NCBI GenBank assembly: GCA_963666275.2
Contig: CAXXOA010000002.1
Location: 160,001 to 224,000, forward strand
Reading direction: 5' to 3'
DNA from: Oceanispirochaeta sp.
GTDB lineage: Bacteria; Spirochaetota; Spirochaetia; DSM-2461
DNA length: 64,000 nucleotides
Position numbers and translations under genes: made by a program
Shown here: positions 1-10,761 of the stretch, in pieces
How positions within the stretch are numbered: the first letter of the stretch is position 1
Layout: each line of letters begins with the position of its first letter
Notes under the pieces: model-generated
What the model was told of the DNA's origin: nothing
The model's database searches: none
The model's input: the letters and a program-made list of their open reading frames with translations, nothing else

Positions 1-135
1 AATACGGTCTCCCGGTGGGACCATATATAAATGTCCTATTAATTTTGGTATTTTTTTAACTATTCCTTTTACTTTAACTTCTAATGGCTCTTTAAAGGCT
101 TGCGAAGCCAAAACAATAGATATATGATTAAAACC

Positions 136-546
136 ATGAGAATAACAACCAAAGGCAGATACGCCATAAGAGCCATCATTAATATGGCGGCCAATATTGA
201 GAATACTCCCATATCCATCAAAAAAATATCAGAAAGTGAAGACCTTTCTCCCATATTTCTGGAGCAGATATTCACCAAGCTGAAAAAGGCCGGAATTACC
301 GAATCTGTCAGAGGTGCCGCGGGAGGATTTCGCCTGGCAAAGCCAGTGGAAGAGATCTCTGTCCTGTCGATCCTGGAAGCCGTTGAAGAAGGAGTTCTTC
401 TGGCCCCCTGTACCAGCGGAGACCATACCTGCGGCAGGGAAGATGCCTGTATTCTGGGCAGTTTCTGGGAAGATACGGAAAAGGTGATCAGAGATCATCT
501 TGCCGGTCAGACAATCGATTCGATAATCAAACAGTATAAATTCTAA
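136..546 (+). CDS. Rrf2 family (IscR/CymR-like) transcriptional regulator
   Basis: MRITTKGRYAIRA N-terminus, LEQIFTKLKKAG...SVRGAAGGF wHTH signature, three Cys (CTSGDHTCGREDAC). Start placed at ATG 136 in the frame of ORF 100..546. Confidence 0.9.
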   Translation: MRITTKGRYAIRAIINMAANIENTPISIKKISESEDLSPIFLEQIFTKLKKAGITESVRGAAGGFRLAKPVEEISVLSILEAVEEGVLLAPCTSGDHTCGREDACILGSFWEDTEKVIRDHLAGQTIDSIIKQYKF

Positions 547-2820
547 TCAGGAAGGATCAGCCGTTACCAGCGCCCTGGAAAGGTGTGCCTCCACCTCTTT
601 GAGGGTTCTGGCCGCAATGAGCCGGGTTGCATCCTTTTCCGCCTTTTCAATATCAATTGTAGAGAAAAATTTCTGGACCGTGGGGATATGCCTGGGCTGC
701 AGAGAGAAAGTCCTCAACCCGGCTCCCGCCAGGAAATAGAGCATTCCTTTATCATCAGACATATTACCGCAGATACTCAGAGGGCAGTTCTCTTTCCGGG
801 CCGCCTTCACAACCCTGTCGATAGCCCTCAGGATAGCCGGATGATGGGCTTCATAGAGGCTTGAAACCTTTTCATTCGTCCTGTCGACCCCCAGCATATA
901 CTGAACAAGATCATTGGAACCTATGGACATGAAATCCGCTTCCCTGGCCAGATCTTCGGCCATTTCCACCGCAGAAGGAAGTTCTATCATAACTCCCAGT
1001 TCGGGCATGGTCCGGCATTCAAAGCCGTCTCTCTCCAGAAATTCCCGACTCTTCTGCACCATCCTTTTCGCTTCGAGAAAATCGTCAAGCGAAGAGATAA
1101 GGGGAAACATGATCCTGAATTTTCTGTCCTGCCCGGCCCGGAGCATTGCTTTGAGCTGACTGACAAAAATCTTTTTATTCTTCAGAAGGAAGCGGATTGC
1201 CCGGAGCCCGAGGAACGGATTGTCCTCGTCCTGATCGGGCATATAGGTGAGGATCTTGTCCCCTCCGATATCCAGGGTCCGCAGGGTCATAATGTCCGAA
1301 GGCATTGTATCGAAGATTCGTTTGTAAACAAGAAACTGTTCCTCTTCACTGGGAAAACTGCTCCGGATAATGAAGGGGAATTCGCTCCTGTAGAGACCTA
1401 TTCCTTCGGCTTTGACCGTTTTGGCCGCCACAATGTCATTGAGAATATTGATAGTAGCCAGCAGGGTGATTCTTGTTCCGTCAGAGGTCAGTGTTTCGGG
1501 ACTTACCGCGTCTCCCGACTCTTCCAGGTCTTCGCTTGTACTTTTCAGTTTTTCAAACTCAAGCTGCGTATCCTGTCCGGGATTGATAAGGAGGGAGCCC
1601 TGAATACCATCCAGAATCAGAGGCGTATCGGTTTCAATGGAGAAGATCCCCCGGTCCTCCGTATAAATAACGGGAACCCCCAGGGATTTCGCCAGAATAG
1701 CGATGTGTGCTGACGCCCCTTTACTGAAAAGGACAAACCCCTCCACATGCTGGGCAGTGATCTTTACCAGTTCCGAGGGTAGGAGCTCTCTGGCAATGAC
1801 GATCTGCCCCGAATAGTCACCGGCCTGCTGTTCCTCCCGCGCCAGATTCCTGAGGATTCTATGCCCCAGATCCCTGATATCCTGAACCTTTTCCATAACC
1901 CGGGGATTCCCGCTCTGGGTAAAGATGTCGGAAAAATATTCAACCCGGTCTATCACGGCATGACAGGGATTTTTTCCCTTGTTGATCTCCTCTTCGATAT
2001 GGCCGATGAAGCTAGTATCCTGAAGCATGAGAAGGTGGGTACTGAAGATCAGAGAGGCCACATCAGAAAGCCTTTCCTCCATCTCCTTCTGCAGATCCTG
2101 AAGCTGACAGGCTGTCTTTTCCAGGGCATCCTGAAAATCCTCCTGTCCCAGGGTCCGGCAGGCTTCATTGATAAACTGACGGCTGCGCTCATTATATTTA
2201 TCTTCCAGGACATACGCGCTGCCCAGGGCTATGCCTTCCACCACGGATCGGCCGCGGATAATGGAATTCTTCTTGGCGGGAGAAGCAACCTCTTTTTTCC
2301 TGTTCACCCCCATAAGAAGCTTGGCATTTTCCAGAGTCACAGCCAGCTGGGAAGCGATCGCTTTCAGGGCCATCATATCGTTACGGTTGAAAAAACCGGG
2401 TTTGGAGTGCTGCAGGACCAGAACGCCGATCCTGCTGACACCCTGGATGATGGGAACAGCCAGAAAGGCTTCGTATTTCTCTTCGTTGCTTCCCGGGACT
2501 GGTCTGAAATGGGGATTTTCACTGGCCAGTTTTTCAAGGATAGGCCGCAGCTCCTTCATGGCGGTACCCACAAGCCCCTCTCCCACGGAAAGGATCAGCT
2601 TGCCTATGAGATCAGAGTTCAGACCTTCCGTAGCCTCCAGGATCAGCCTGTCCAGGAATTCATCGTACATATAGATGGAACACACATCGGTTTTCATGTG
2701 GGCGGATACAGTTTTAACAACTTTATGAAGAAAACCGCGGATATCACTCTTTTCCCTGAAAAGGTCCGAGAGCTCTCCAATATTACAGATCAGTTCTACA
2801 TTATCCTTGTTCATCCGCAT
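547..2820 (-). CDS. ptsP: GAF-domain PEP-protein phosphotransferase (enzyme I-Ntr type)
   Basis: N-terminal GAF (DVCSIY...GEGLVG...FLAVPI), phospho-His region SAHIAILAKS, and EI motifs GIGLYRSEF, RTLDIGGDK, NPFLGLRAIR, SIGSNDL. Confidence 0.92.
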   Translation of the reverse strand: MRMNKDNVELICNIGELSDLFREKSDIRGFLHKVVKTVSAHMKTDVCSIYMYDEFLDRLILEATEGLNSDLIGKLILSVGEGLVGTAMKELRPILEKLASENPHFRPVPGSNEEKYEAFLAVPIIQGVSRIGVLVLQHSKPGFFNRNDMMALKAIASQLAVTLENAKLLMGVNRKKEVASPAKKNSIIRGRSVVEGIALGSAYVLEDKYNERSRQFINEACRTLGQEDFQDALEKTACQLQDLQKEMEERLSDVASLIFSTHLLMLQDTSFIGHIEEEINKGKNPCHAVIDRVEYFSDIFTQSGNPRVMEKVQDIRDLGHRILRNLAREEQQAGDYSGQIVIARELLPSELVKITAQHVEGFVLFSKGASAHIAILAKSLGVPVIYTEDRGIFSIETDTPLILDGIQGSLLINPGQDTQLEFEKLKSTSEDLEESGDAVSPETLTSDGTRITLLATINILNDIVAAKTVKAEGIGLYRSEFPFIIRSSFPSEEEQFLVYKRIFDTMPSDIMTLRTLDIGGDKILTYMPDQDEDNPFLGLRAIRFLLKNKKIFVSQLKAMLRAGQDRKFRIMFPLISSLDDFLEAKRMVQKSREFLERDGFECRTMPELGVMIELPSAVEMAEDLAREADFMSIGSNDLVQYMLGVDRTNEKVSSLYEAHHPAILRAIDRVVKAARKENCPLSICGNMSDDKGMLYFLAGAGLRTFSLQPRHIPTVQKFFSTIDIEKAEKDATRLIAARTLKEVEAHLSRALVTADPS

Positions 2821-5800
2821 CCTCTTTCATCTCTATAGGATTAGAGTATTCCACTCTATTTCTTCCATGGCTCTTTGCCTTGTAAAGGGCTTTATCCGCC
2901 GCTTTCACAAGACTCCCCGATTCCCTGTCGGACCGGGGAATCAATCCGGTCAGTCCGATGGAAACAGTCAGATAGGGCGCCGCAGAAGATTCCTCATGGG
3001 GTATGGCCGCCTGCCGTACCTTTTCCAGCAGCGTTTCGCTGAGAGTCAGCGCATCTCCCAGAGGCATATCAAAAAGGAGTACTGAGAACTCCTCTCCTCC
3101 GTATCGACATACAGCATCGGACTCCCTTCTGATGATACTTCTGATGATACGGGCTGTCTCTTTCAGGGCCTCATCTCCCTTCTGATGACCGTAGAAGTCG
3201 TTGTAGTTCTTGAAAAAGTCTACATCAATCATCAGCATGGACAGATGTTTCTGTTCCCTTGCCGCCAGATGCCACAGATTACTGAGCGACAGATCGAAGA
3301 ACCGTCGGTTTGCCAGGCCTGTGAGGGAATCCTTCCAGGCCAGCTCTTCCAGGCGGCTGTTGAGAACCTCCAGATTCTGTCTGCTCGATTCGGCATCATG
3401 CAGTTTCTTTTTCAGAAGAAGGTTCGCCTGAAAATTCGAAAACAGGATAAACAGCAGCGCCCCGATGGAAATATAGATAAGTATAAACCATTTCTGCTTC
3501 CACGGGGGCTGATTAATAACAATAGGGAAAGCCAGAGTCGTTTCACTCCAGACACCGTCGTTATTGGCAGCCTCCACAAGGAACCGGTACTTTCCCGGTT
3601 TCAGGTTGGAATAGGAAGCATAATTCCTGTTGGAGCTGCTGACCCACTCCTCTTCCAGTCCCTCCATCCTGTAACGGTAGAGGTTCTTCTCGGGAGAGGT
3701 AAAATCCAGGGCTATGAACTCAAAAGTGAGGGCATTCTGATCCCAGGGGAGCTCCAGAGAGAGGGAATCCTCCAGGAACTGTTTATAGGCAATGGATTCT
3801 CCCATGACCTGAATATCATTGAAACTCAGGATCGGAGGCGTGGTGTTATCCATAAGGATGGTAGGTTCGAACCTCAGAACCCCGCCCTGGCTGCCGAAAT
3901 AGAGATAATCCCCGTCACTGACAGCCCCGGAATTGAGAGAGTGAACCATGATCCCGTCGCTCGAATCAATCGTGAGAAGATCCAGCGAATCGGGCAGAAG
4001 GATATTCACCCCTCCCTTGGTTCCAACCCACAGATGACCGTGGCTGTCCTCCAGGATGGATAGAATCTGATTCGACGCCAGTCCGTCCTGACGGGTAATC
4101 GCTGAAAAAGTATCCCTGTCACTGTCATAGCGGTTCAGCCCGCCACCGTCAGTTCCGACCCAGAGCGTGTGAAAGCGGTCCTCATAAAGGATACTGATGT
4201 AGTTGCTGCTGAGACTCTCCGGATTCCTGGAATCATGATAGTACGTATCAAACCGGTCCCGATCCCTGTCGTATCTGTTGAGTCCCCGGTTTGTCCCGAC
4301 CCAGAGCCCGCCCTGATGATCCAGAAGGATTGTGTTCACCAGATTATTAGACAGGGAGGGATTATCCTCATCATAGAAGTACCTCTTGAGAATTCCATTT
4401 TCCGGGGTCCAGTGAAGGACTCCCGAACTGTAGGTTCCGATCCAGAAAGATCCGTCCGGATCTTCGACGATTTCATAGATAATCGGCTCCAGATTTTCAT
4501 CAAAACCCATTCCCTTCAGTGGGAAATGATCAAATCCTCCGGTGTCCCTGTTGTACCGGTCCAGTCCGCCCAGAGACCCGACCCAGATGTTCCCTTTCGA
4601 ATCCTCCGCCATGGCGCTTACATTTCTATGGGCGAGAGATCCAGCCTCTTCAGAAGGCATCCAGTTCCTATAGGAAGAGGAGGAGTTCCTGCCGGGAATC
4701 CTCCACACACCATTGCTGTAGGTTCCAATCCAGAAATCCCTGTTGGTATCGATCAGAATAGTCCTGACAATATCCTCTACAAGAGGGTATCTGCTGTTCT
4801 TTGAAATGAAACGGAAATCTCTTTTATTGGGATTCAGGATATTGATCCCGCCGCCGTTGGTTCCGATCCAGTACAGACCGGTTCGGTCCTTGAGAAAGGA
4901 GTAGATAATTCCGTGATTCATCTTGTAGGGGTCATCGGAATCCCCTTCGTAGGAAATGATCTGTCCACCGGCGCTGTTCCGCTTCAGAAGCCCCCCGCCC
5001 CAGGTTCCGATCCAGAGGGAATCCTCTCCGGGGCACAGAAGATAGACATTTTCCTCCAGTGGAATCTGCTCCGTCACAACCCCAGTCCCGGGGTTGAAGA
5101 GACTGACCCCGCCGTCCCAGGTGCCGATCCAGAGGGAACCGGAAGGATCTTCGGCCAGTGCCATAATATAGGAGGACTGAATGGAACGGGGATTTCCCTT
5201 CTCCGCCTTAAAGTGAACAAAACTTTCAGTTTCCGGATCAAAAAGGTCCAGCCCCCCGTAACTTCCCACCCAGAGCCGTCCCTGCTGATCCACAAGGAGA
5301 GACCGGACCGTGTCATGAAGAAGAGAGTCCGGATCCGAATCGGAGTGGTAATAGGTTGTAATATCCCAGCTTCCGGGCTCAATCCGATTCAGCCCGTTCA
5401 TGGTTCCGGCCCAGATGGCTCCGTCGGGAGTTTTGGCAATGGCAATGACGATTCCGTCTGAAATCGGTTTTTCCGTTCTGGTGGGATCGGAGGTAAAATT
5501 CAGAAAATCCTCTGTATCCAGAGACATCCGTGAGAGTCCCTCATAGGTTCCTATCCAGAGATAGGGTTCCCGGGGATCCAGAAAGAGCGTCTGAATCTGA
5601 TTATGAGGAAGGGAGTTGGGATTGAAAGGCTGATTGTCATAAATCCTGTAGCTCTTCCCGTCATATCTGTTCAAGCCATTCTGTGTACCGAACCAGAGGT
5701 ATCCGTTTCTATCCTGAACAATCCCGGCCACATGATTATCCACAAGGCCGTCCATAACAGTTAAATGATCAAAGATCACCCGCTCCTCCGCCGCAGCACT

Positions 5801-5866
5801 CCCTCCTGAAACAGAAAAGAGGATCAGCAGCAGAAACCAATGATTTTGAAGTAACCTTTTTATCAC
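2801..5866 (-). CDS. Membrane sensor diguanylate cyclase (beta-propeller repeats + Y_Y_Y + TM + GGDEF)
   Basis: Signal peptide, many D..G.LWIGT..GGL repeats, YRYRMEG...YSNLKPGKYRF..AANNDG (Y_Y_Y), TM after PPWKQKW, then DSLTGLANRR, DVDFFK.YND.YGH..GD, RESD I-site and GGEEF. Confidence 0.92.
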   Translation of the reverse strand: MIKRLLQNHWFLLLILFSVSGGSAAAEERVIFDHLTVMDGLVDNHVAGIVQDRNGYLWFGTQNGLNRYDGKSYRIYDNQPFNPNSLPHNQIQTLFLDPREPYLWIGTYEGLSRMSLDTEDFLNFTSDPTRTEKPISDGIVIAIAKTPDGAIWAGTMNGLNRIEPGSWDITTYYHSDSDPDSLLHDTVRSLLVDQQGRLWVGSYGGLDLFDPETESFVHFKAEKGNPRSIQSSYIMALAEDPSGSLWIGTWDGGVSLFNPGTGVVTEQIPLEENVYLLCPGEDSLWIGTWGGGLLKRNSAGGQIISYEGDSDDPYKMNHGIIYSFLKDRTGLYWIGTNGGGINILNPNKRDFRFISKNSRYPLVEDIVRTILIDTNRDFWIGTYSNGVWRIPGRNSSSSYRNWMPSEEAGSLAHRNVSAMAEDSKGNIWVGSLGGLDRYNRDTGGFDHFPLKGMGFDENLEPIIYEIVEDPDGSFWIGTYSSGVLHWTPENGILKRYFYDEDNPSLSNNLVNTILLDHQGGLWVGTNRGLNRYDRDRDRFDTYYHDSRNPESLSSNYISILYEDRFHTLWVGTDGGGLNRYDSDRDTFSAITRQDGLASNQILSILEDSHGHLWVGTKGGVNILLPDSLDLLTIDSSDGIMVHSLNSGAVSDGDYLYFGSQGGVLRFEPTILMDNTTPPILSFNDIQVMGESIAYKQFLEDSLSLELPWDQNALTFEFIALDFTSPEKNLYRYRMEGLEEEWVSSSNRNYASYSNLKPGKYRFLVEAANNDGVWSETTLAFPIVINQPPWKQKWFILIYISIGALLFILFSNFQANLLLKKKLHDAESSRQNLEVLNSRLEELAWKDSLTGLANRRFFDLSLSNLWHLAAREQKHLSMLMIDVDFFKNYNDFYGHQKGDEALKETARIIRSIIRRESDAVCRYGGEEFSVLLFDMPLGDALTLSETLLEKVRQAAIPHEESSAAPYLTVSIGLTGLIPRSDRESGSLVKAADKALYKAKSHGRNRVEYSNPIEMKEDADEQG

Positions 5867-5875
5867 GCTGAGGGC

Positions 5876-6682
5876 TTAACCTTTTGACATACTGATGGAT
5901 TTTTCTGTACAGACCCGTACAGCTTCCATCACGGCAGAACGGAATCCGTCTTTTTCCAGAGACCCGACGGCTTCGATAGTGGTTCCACCGGGAGAACAGA
6001 CCTGATCTTTCAGCTGACCGGGATGAATACCGGTTTCCAGAACCATTCTGGCAGAACCCAGAACCGTCTGAGCCGCCATACTGTAGGCCTTATTCCTGGG
6101 AATTCCCTCCCGGACAGCTCCGTCAGCCAGAGCCTCGATGAACATGAAAATATAGGCCGGACCGGAACCGCAAAGGGCCGTATAGCTGTCAAAAAGAGAT
6201 TCCGACAGGACCTCCACTTTCCCCATGGCTCCCAGCAGTTTCAGAACCTGCTCGACTTCGCTGCTGCTGAGATTTTCTCCCGGACAGGCGGCTGTCATCC
6301 CCTCTCCCACCAGAGCCGGCGTGTTGGGCATGGTCCTGACAAGTTTGATATCCCTGCCGAACCTATCCCGGACGCTTTTCATAGTCTGCCCGGCGGCAAT
6401 GGTAACCACAATGACATTATCAGGCAGTACATCTTTGATTTCTTCAATCACAGGGGAATAGATATGAGGTTTGACAGCAAGAAACAGGACATCCAGCTTA
6501 TCCAGAAATTCCCTGTTATTCCGACTGGTATTCACACCGGGGAATTTATCCCTGAGACTCTTAAGAGCCTCTTCGGAGCTGTCGCAGATAAAAAGATTTT
6601 CACTGCTGACGATATCTGCATTTATTAAACCGCCGATGATGGCCCCCGCCATGTTTCCGGCACCGATAAATCCTGTTTTCAT
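5876..6682 (-). CDS. proC: Pyrroline-5-carboxylate reductase
   Basis: GFIGAGNMA, LAVKP, RTMPNTPALVGEG, GSGPAY, VCSPGGTTI. Confidence 0.96.
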   Translation of the reverse strand: MKTGFIGAGNMAGAIIGGLINADIVSSENLFICDSSEEALKSLRDKFPGVNTSRNNREFLDKLDVLFLAVKPHIYSPVIEEIKDVLPDNVIVVTIAAGQTMKSVRDRFGRDIKLVRTMPNTPALVGEGMTAACPGENLSSSEVEQVLKLLGAMGKVEVLSESLFDSYTALCGSGPAYIFMFIEALADGAVREGIPRNKAYSMAAQTVLGSARMVLETGIHPGQLKDQVCSPGGTTIEAVGSLEKDGFRSAVMEAVRVCTEKSISMSKG

Positions 6683-6765
6683 GATTCCATCCTGCTTTGT
6701 TCAGTCAAATATTATTAGAGAGTATACAATGAGCAGGGTGGGGTTTCAATCACAGCATTCCCAAT

Positions 6766-6807
6766 AAAAAAGCAGGCCCTGCAGAAAGGAGGAAACTGCA
6801 GGGCCTG
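6766..6807 (-). terminator. Intrinsic terminator after xylA
   Basis: 12-bp perfect stem CAGGCCCTGCAG/CTGCAGGGCCTG (6773-6807) followed on the minus strand by a U-tract. Confidence 0.8.
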
Positions 6808-6840
6808 AAAAGAAAGGTTCTTTATGAAAAAAGGTTTCTA

Positions 6841-8175
6841 TCAGCTGAAAAGAAACTGATTGATAATATTTTCGTAGAGTTCCTGCTTACCGCTTGTCAC
6901 AGCCGGTTCGCCCGCTTCCGCAGCGTAATTCCGCAGATCTTCCAGGGTCAGTTTTCCCTCTTCAAAGTCTTTTCCTTTCCCGGAATCGAAGGACTTGTAG
7001 CGATCTGCTTTCATCCTGTCCAGTCTTCCGTCCTCCTGGATTCTGGCAGCCACTTCCAGCCCCAGGGCAAAGGCATCCATACCGCCGATATGGGCCAGGA
7101 ACAGATCTTCCAGATCTGTGGAATTTCTACGGATTTTCGCATCGAAGTTGAGGCCGCCGGTCTTGAATCCGCCCATGGCCAGGATGATCCTCATGGCTTC
7201 TGTTGTTTCCAGGACGCTGTTGGGGAACTGGTCTGTGTCCCAGCCGTTCTGCATATCTCCCCGGTTGGCATCCACACTTCCCAGAAGCCCGTGTTCATAG
7301 GCGACCTGAAGATCATGAGTAAAGGAGTGCCCTGCCAGAGTGGCATGGTTCGCTTCGATATTGCAGGCGAAGTCCTCTTCCAGACCAAAGCTCTTTATAA
7401 AGTTCACCACAGTTTCCGCATCATAATCGTACTGATGCTTCGTGGGCTCCATGGGTTTGGGTTCGATATAGAATTTCCCCTTGAATCCGATTTTCCGTCC
7501 GTAATCCCTTGCCATCAGGAGGAACTGGGCCAGATGCTCTTTTTCTCTTTTCATATTGGTATTGTACAGAGACATATACCCTTCCCGGCCGCCCCAGAAG
7601 GTATAGCCTTCTCCGCCGAGGGCTACGTTGGATTCCAGACAGGCCTTCACCTGGGCCGCACCGTAGGAGAGGACCTGAAAGTCAGGGTTGGTGGCGGCGC
7701 CGTTCATGTACCGGGGATTAGAGAACATATTGGCTGTATTCCACAGGAGTTTGATCCCTGTAGCCTCCTGCCGTTCTTTCAGCATGGCTGTGACTTTCTG
7801 CAGATTGCTCTCGTATTCACTGATGCTGGATCCTTCGGGCGAAGCGTCTACATCATGGAAACAGTAGTAGGGAGCTCCCAGCTTGGAAATAAACTCAAAA
7901 GCGCCATCCGCTTTTTTCTCGGCTTTCACAAGGGGATCTGAATCATTCCAGGGATGAAAAATGGTGGCATTGCCGAAGGGATCCCCTCCGTCCGCACAGA
8001 AGGAGTGCCAGTAGGCAATTCCGAAACGAAGATGCTCCTTCATGGTTTTACCCAGAACCACTTTGTTCTCATCGTAAAACTTGAAAGCCAGGGGATTATC
8101 AGATCCTTTCCCTTCGAAAGGGATCTTTCCGATACCTTTAAAATATTCCGTATTTCCTACATACACTTTACTCAT
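6841..8175 (-). CDS. xylA: Xylose isomerase (class II)
   Basis: [65 protein letters not shown]. Confidence 0.97.
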   Translation of the reverse strand: MSKVYVGNTEYFKGIGKIPFEGKGSDNPLAFKFYDENKVVLGKTMKEHLRFGIAYWHSFCADGGDPFGNATIFHPWNDSDPLVKAEKKADGAFEFISKLGAPYYCFHDVDASPEGSSISEYESNLQKVTAMLKERQEATGIKLLWNTANMFSNPRYMNGAATNPDFQVLSYGAAQVKACLESNVALGGEGYTFWGGREGYMSLYNTNMKREKEHLAQFLLMARDYGRKIGFKGKFYIEPKPMEPTKHQYDYDAETVVNFIKSFGLEEDFACNIEANHATLAGHSFTHDLQVAYEHGLLGSVDANRGDMQNGWDTDQFPNSVLETTEAMRIILAMGGFKTGGLNFDAKIRRNSTDLEDLFLAHIGGMDAFALGLEVAARIQEDGRLDRMKADRYKSFDSGKGKDFEEGKLTLEDLRNYAAEAGEPAVTSGKQELYENIINQFLFS

Positions 8176-8215
8176 TGCATTCTCCTTGCAGATTCCTGCA
8201 CAAAATTGATTTCAC

Positions 8216-9703
8216 TTAACTGAAAAGACCGCTCAATGCCTCAACATAACGGGTGTATTCGGCATAGGTCTTTTCATAGATTTTCACATTTTCCGGGTCG
8301 GGCCGGCAGCTCTGACTCTCATCCAGCGCCACATGCTCATCCACCAGAGTATTGATATCCGCCCCCTCGTCCTTTTTCAGGCACCACAGGGCCTGGAGGG
8401 CTCCCCCCAGGGCCGCCGCTTCGGCGGTGACAGGCACGACCACAGGCAGGTTCAGAATATCCGCCGTAATCTGACGCCACACGGGAGAGTTGGCTCCCCC
8501 TCCGATCAGGCGGACCTCACGGGCCTGGAATCCCAGCTTCTGAAACGAGTCCAGCCCCAGTTTCATTCCCAGAATCGCCGATTCCAGGGCGGAGCGGAAG
8601 ATGTTCTCCTTCTTCACATTGGATGAAGTCATCCCCACAATACAGCCCCGGCCGTTGGGGAAGTTGGGCGTCCGCTCCCCGTTGAAGAAAGGAAGAGTCA
8701 GAATCCCCTCGCTTCCGGCGGGGGCCGATGCGCCCAGTTTGTCGAACTCTTTCACGCCGTAGTCGAAAAGCTGACGCATCTGTTCGGTGGCCACCGTACA
8801 GTTCATGGTGCACAGCAGGGGCAGCCAGCCGCCGGTACTGGAGCAGAAGGCCGCCAGGTTCCCGTCGGGATCAATAATGGGGCTGTCCGAATATCCGTAG
8901 AGGGTTCCGCTGGTTCCCAGACTCATGGTCAGAACCCCGTCCCGGACCGTTCCGGTTCCCACGGCGCCCATCATATTGTCTCCTCCGCCGGAGGAAACGG
9001 GTATCCCCGCAGGGATTCCCAGTTTTTCCGCCACATCGGCCTTCACGGTTCCCGCTGGCTCCCAGCTCTGAATCAGCCGGGGCAGGGTGCTCATCAGATC
9101 CCGCTGGGGATCCAGAGCGCGAACCAGCTCTTTGTGCCAGCAGCGGTTCTTCACATCCAGAAGGGCTGTTCCCGAGGCATCGCCGAACTCCATCACATAC
9201 TCACCGGTCAGATAGAAGTTCAGATAGTCGTGGGGCAGAAGCACATGGGCCATTTTCTCATAGGACGCGGGCTCGTTCTTTTTGAGCCACAGGATTTTCG
9301 AAGCCGTATAACCGGGCAGAACCAGATTTCCTGTCTCCTCCAGGAGTTTCTCGTCTCCCCCGAAGGACTCGGTCAGTTCCCGGCACTCTCCGGCAGTGGA
9401 GGTGTCGCACCAGAGTTTCACATCCCTCAGAACATTCCCCTCGCTGTCCAGGGGAACAAAGCCGTGCTGCTGTCCTGAAACGCCCGCAGCCTGGGCGGTT
9501 TTTTTAATTTCCGGATCGATAGCGGCAAAACAGCTTTCCAGGGCGGTGATCCACCAGCGGGCCTTCTGTTCCCGGCTGCCGTCGTCCCGGCTGATCAGAT
9601 CATGGGGGGCTGTGGCCGAAGCGGCGATGGTTTTATTCTCATAGTCATAGAAAACAACCTTGGTACTCTGGGTTCCGTTGTCTATTCCGATTACTGTTTT
9701 CAA
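8216..9703 (-). CDS. xylB: Xylulokinase (FGGY kinase)
   Basis: GIDNGTQSTK, GVSGQQHG, GDASGT, GGGDNMMGA, SLGTSGT, GERTP; directly upstream of xylA; TTG start with GGGAGG RBS. Confidence 0.93.
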   Translation of the reverse strand: MKTVIGIDNGTQSTKVVFYDYENKTIAASATAPHDLISRDDGSREQKARWWITALESCFAAIDPEIKKTAQAAGVSGQQHGFVPLDSEGNVLRDVKLWCDTSTAGECRELTESFGGDEKLLEETGNLVLPGYTASKILWLKKNEPASYEKMAHVLLPHDYLNFYLTGEYVMEFGDASGTALLDVKNRCWHKELVRALDPQRDLMSTLPRLIQSWEPAGTVKADVAEKLGIPAGIPVSSGGGDNMMGAVGTGTVRDGVLTMSLGTSGTLYGYSDSPIIDPDGNLAAFCSSTGGWLPLLCTMNCTVATEQMRQLFDYGVKEFDKLGASAPAGSEGILTLPFFNGERTPNFPNGRGCIVGMTSSNVKKENIFRSALESAILGMKLGLDSFQKLGFQAREVRLIGGGANSPVWRQITADILNLPVVVPVTAEAAALGGALQALWCLKKDEGADINTLVDEHVALDESQSCRPDPENVKIYEKTYAEYTRYVEALSGLFS

Positions 9704-9795
9704 AGTATTCCTCCCTGGTGAATCCCATTATCAGACGACTTTTGTGTCCCAAGAATGGACAAAATCTATATTTCATGCATAAAATTGACATTACT

Positions 9796-10629
9796 ATGGA
9801 AATTCTTGATGTTGTTTTTGTCTATCAGATGAGGGAGGAGACAGAAATTCAGTGGCACAGCCGCCGGCACTCCCACGGGCAGGACGAGTACGAACTCCAC
9901 TATTTTATCCAGGGACAGCCCCGGTTCCAGAACAATCTCAACAAATTCATTATCAATCCGGGAACCATATGCATGACCAGGCCCGGGGTTAAACACTCCA
10001 TCATTGTCAATGAGGGAGAAAGTCCCATCTCCTACTATGCGGTTCTTCTGAAAACTGATGAAAACAGCAGTATTTCTGATCTGCTCAATACAGAAATCCG
10101 CTATGACAGGACCTATGAAGTGGGAACCAACTACCGCTTTTTCTTTGAGGAAATCAAAGAGAAGGGCCTCTCCCCCAGCAGGGCCCTGCGGCAGTCGGCA
10201 CTGCATCAGCTGATATCCTTCCTCTATATCCTCTCGGGAGAGGAGGATTTCCACTTTTCCGACAGCCGGAATTCCCATATCGAAAAGGCACTGAAAATTA
10301 TGCAGAACAACGTTACCTCCGACCTGGACCTGGACAGGATTGCCCGGAGGCTGGGGCTCAACAAGTCCTATTTTATAAGGCTCTTCCAGCAGAAAATGAA
10401 AACAACCCCCATGAAATACTTCACCCGTTTGAGGATAGAAGCCGCCAGCGCCATGCTGACCAGTACAGACCGATCTCTGGCAACCATTGCCCAGGATCTC
10501 AATTTCTACAGTGAATTTCACTTCAGCAGAGTCTTCAAGCAGTACACCGGCAGCTCTCCCTCCCTCTACAGAAAGCAGTATCTGCAGCTGGAAGGCCGGA
10601 TAAATCCGTACAGACAATCGATTTCCTGA
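9796..10629 (+). CDS. AraC family regulator (cupin + double HTH), probable xylose regulator
   Basis: HSH...YELHYF cupin; C-terminal LNKSYFIRLF...IAQDLNFYSEFHFSRVFKQYTGSSPSLYR; divergent from xylBA. Start uncertain (9718, 9775 or 9796). Confidence 0.88.
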   Translation: MEILDVVFVYQMREETEIQWHSRRHSHGQDEYELHYFIQGQPRFQNNLNKFIINPGTICMTRPGVKHSIIVNEGESPISYYAVLLKTDENSSISDLLNTEIRYDRTYEVGTNYRFFFEEIKEKGLSPSRALRQSALHQLISFLYILSGEEDFHFSDSRNSHIEKALKIMQNNVTSDLDLDRIARRLGLNKSYFIRLFQQKMKTTPMKYFTRLRIEAASAMLTSTDRSLATIAQDLNFYSEFHFSRVFKQYTGSSPSLYRKQYLQLEGRINPYRQSIS

Positions 10630-10761
10630 GAAAAAGCTTTTTCTATCCCCTTTGCGCCGATTCCCAAAACCCCAGTAATCCGCTAATATAGGAAATTAAT
10701 TTTACGGGTGTCATAGAGGCATTTCTGCCCATGCCCCCATACAATACGAGGAGATATCTAT

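Noticed and set aside
9738..9790. Imperfect inverted/direct repeats between xylB and the AraC gene
   Set aside because: A plausible operator region, but too short and degenerate to define a site.
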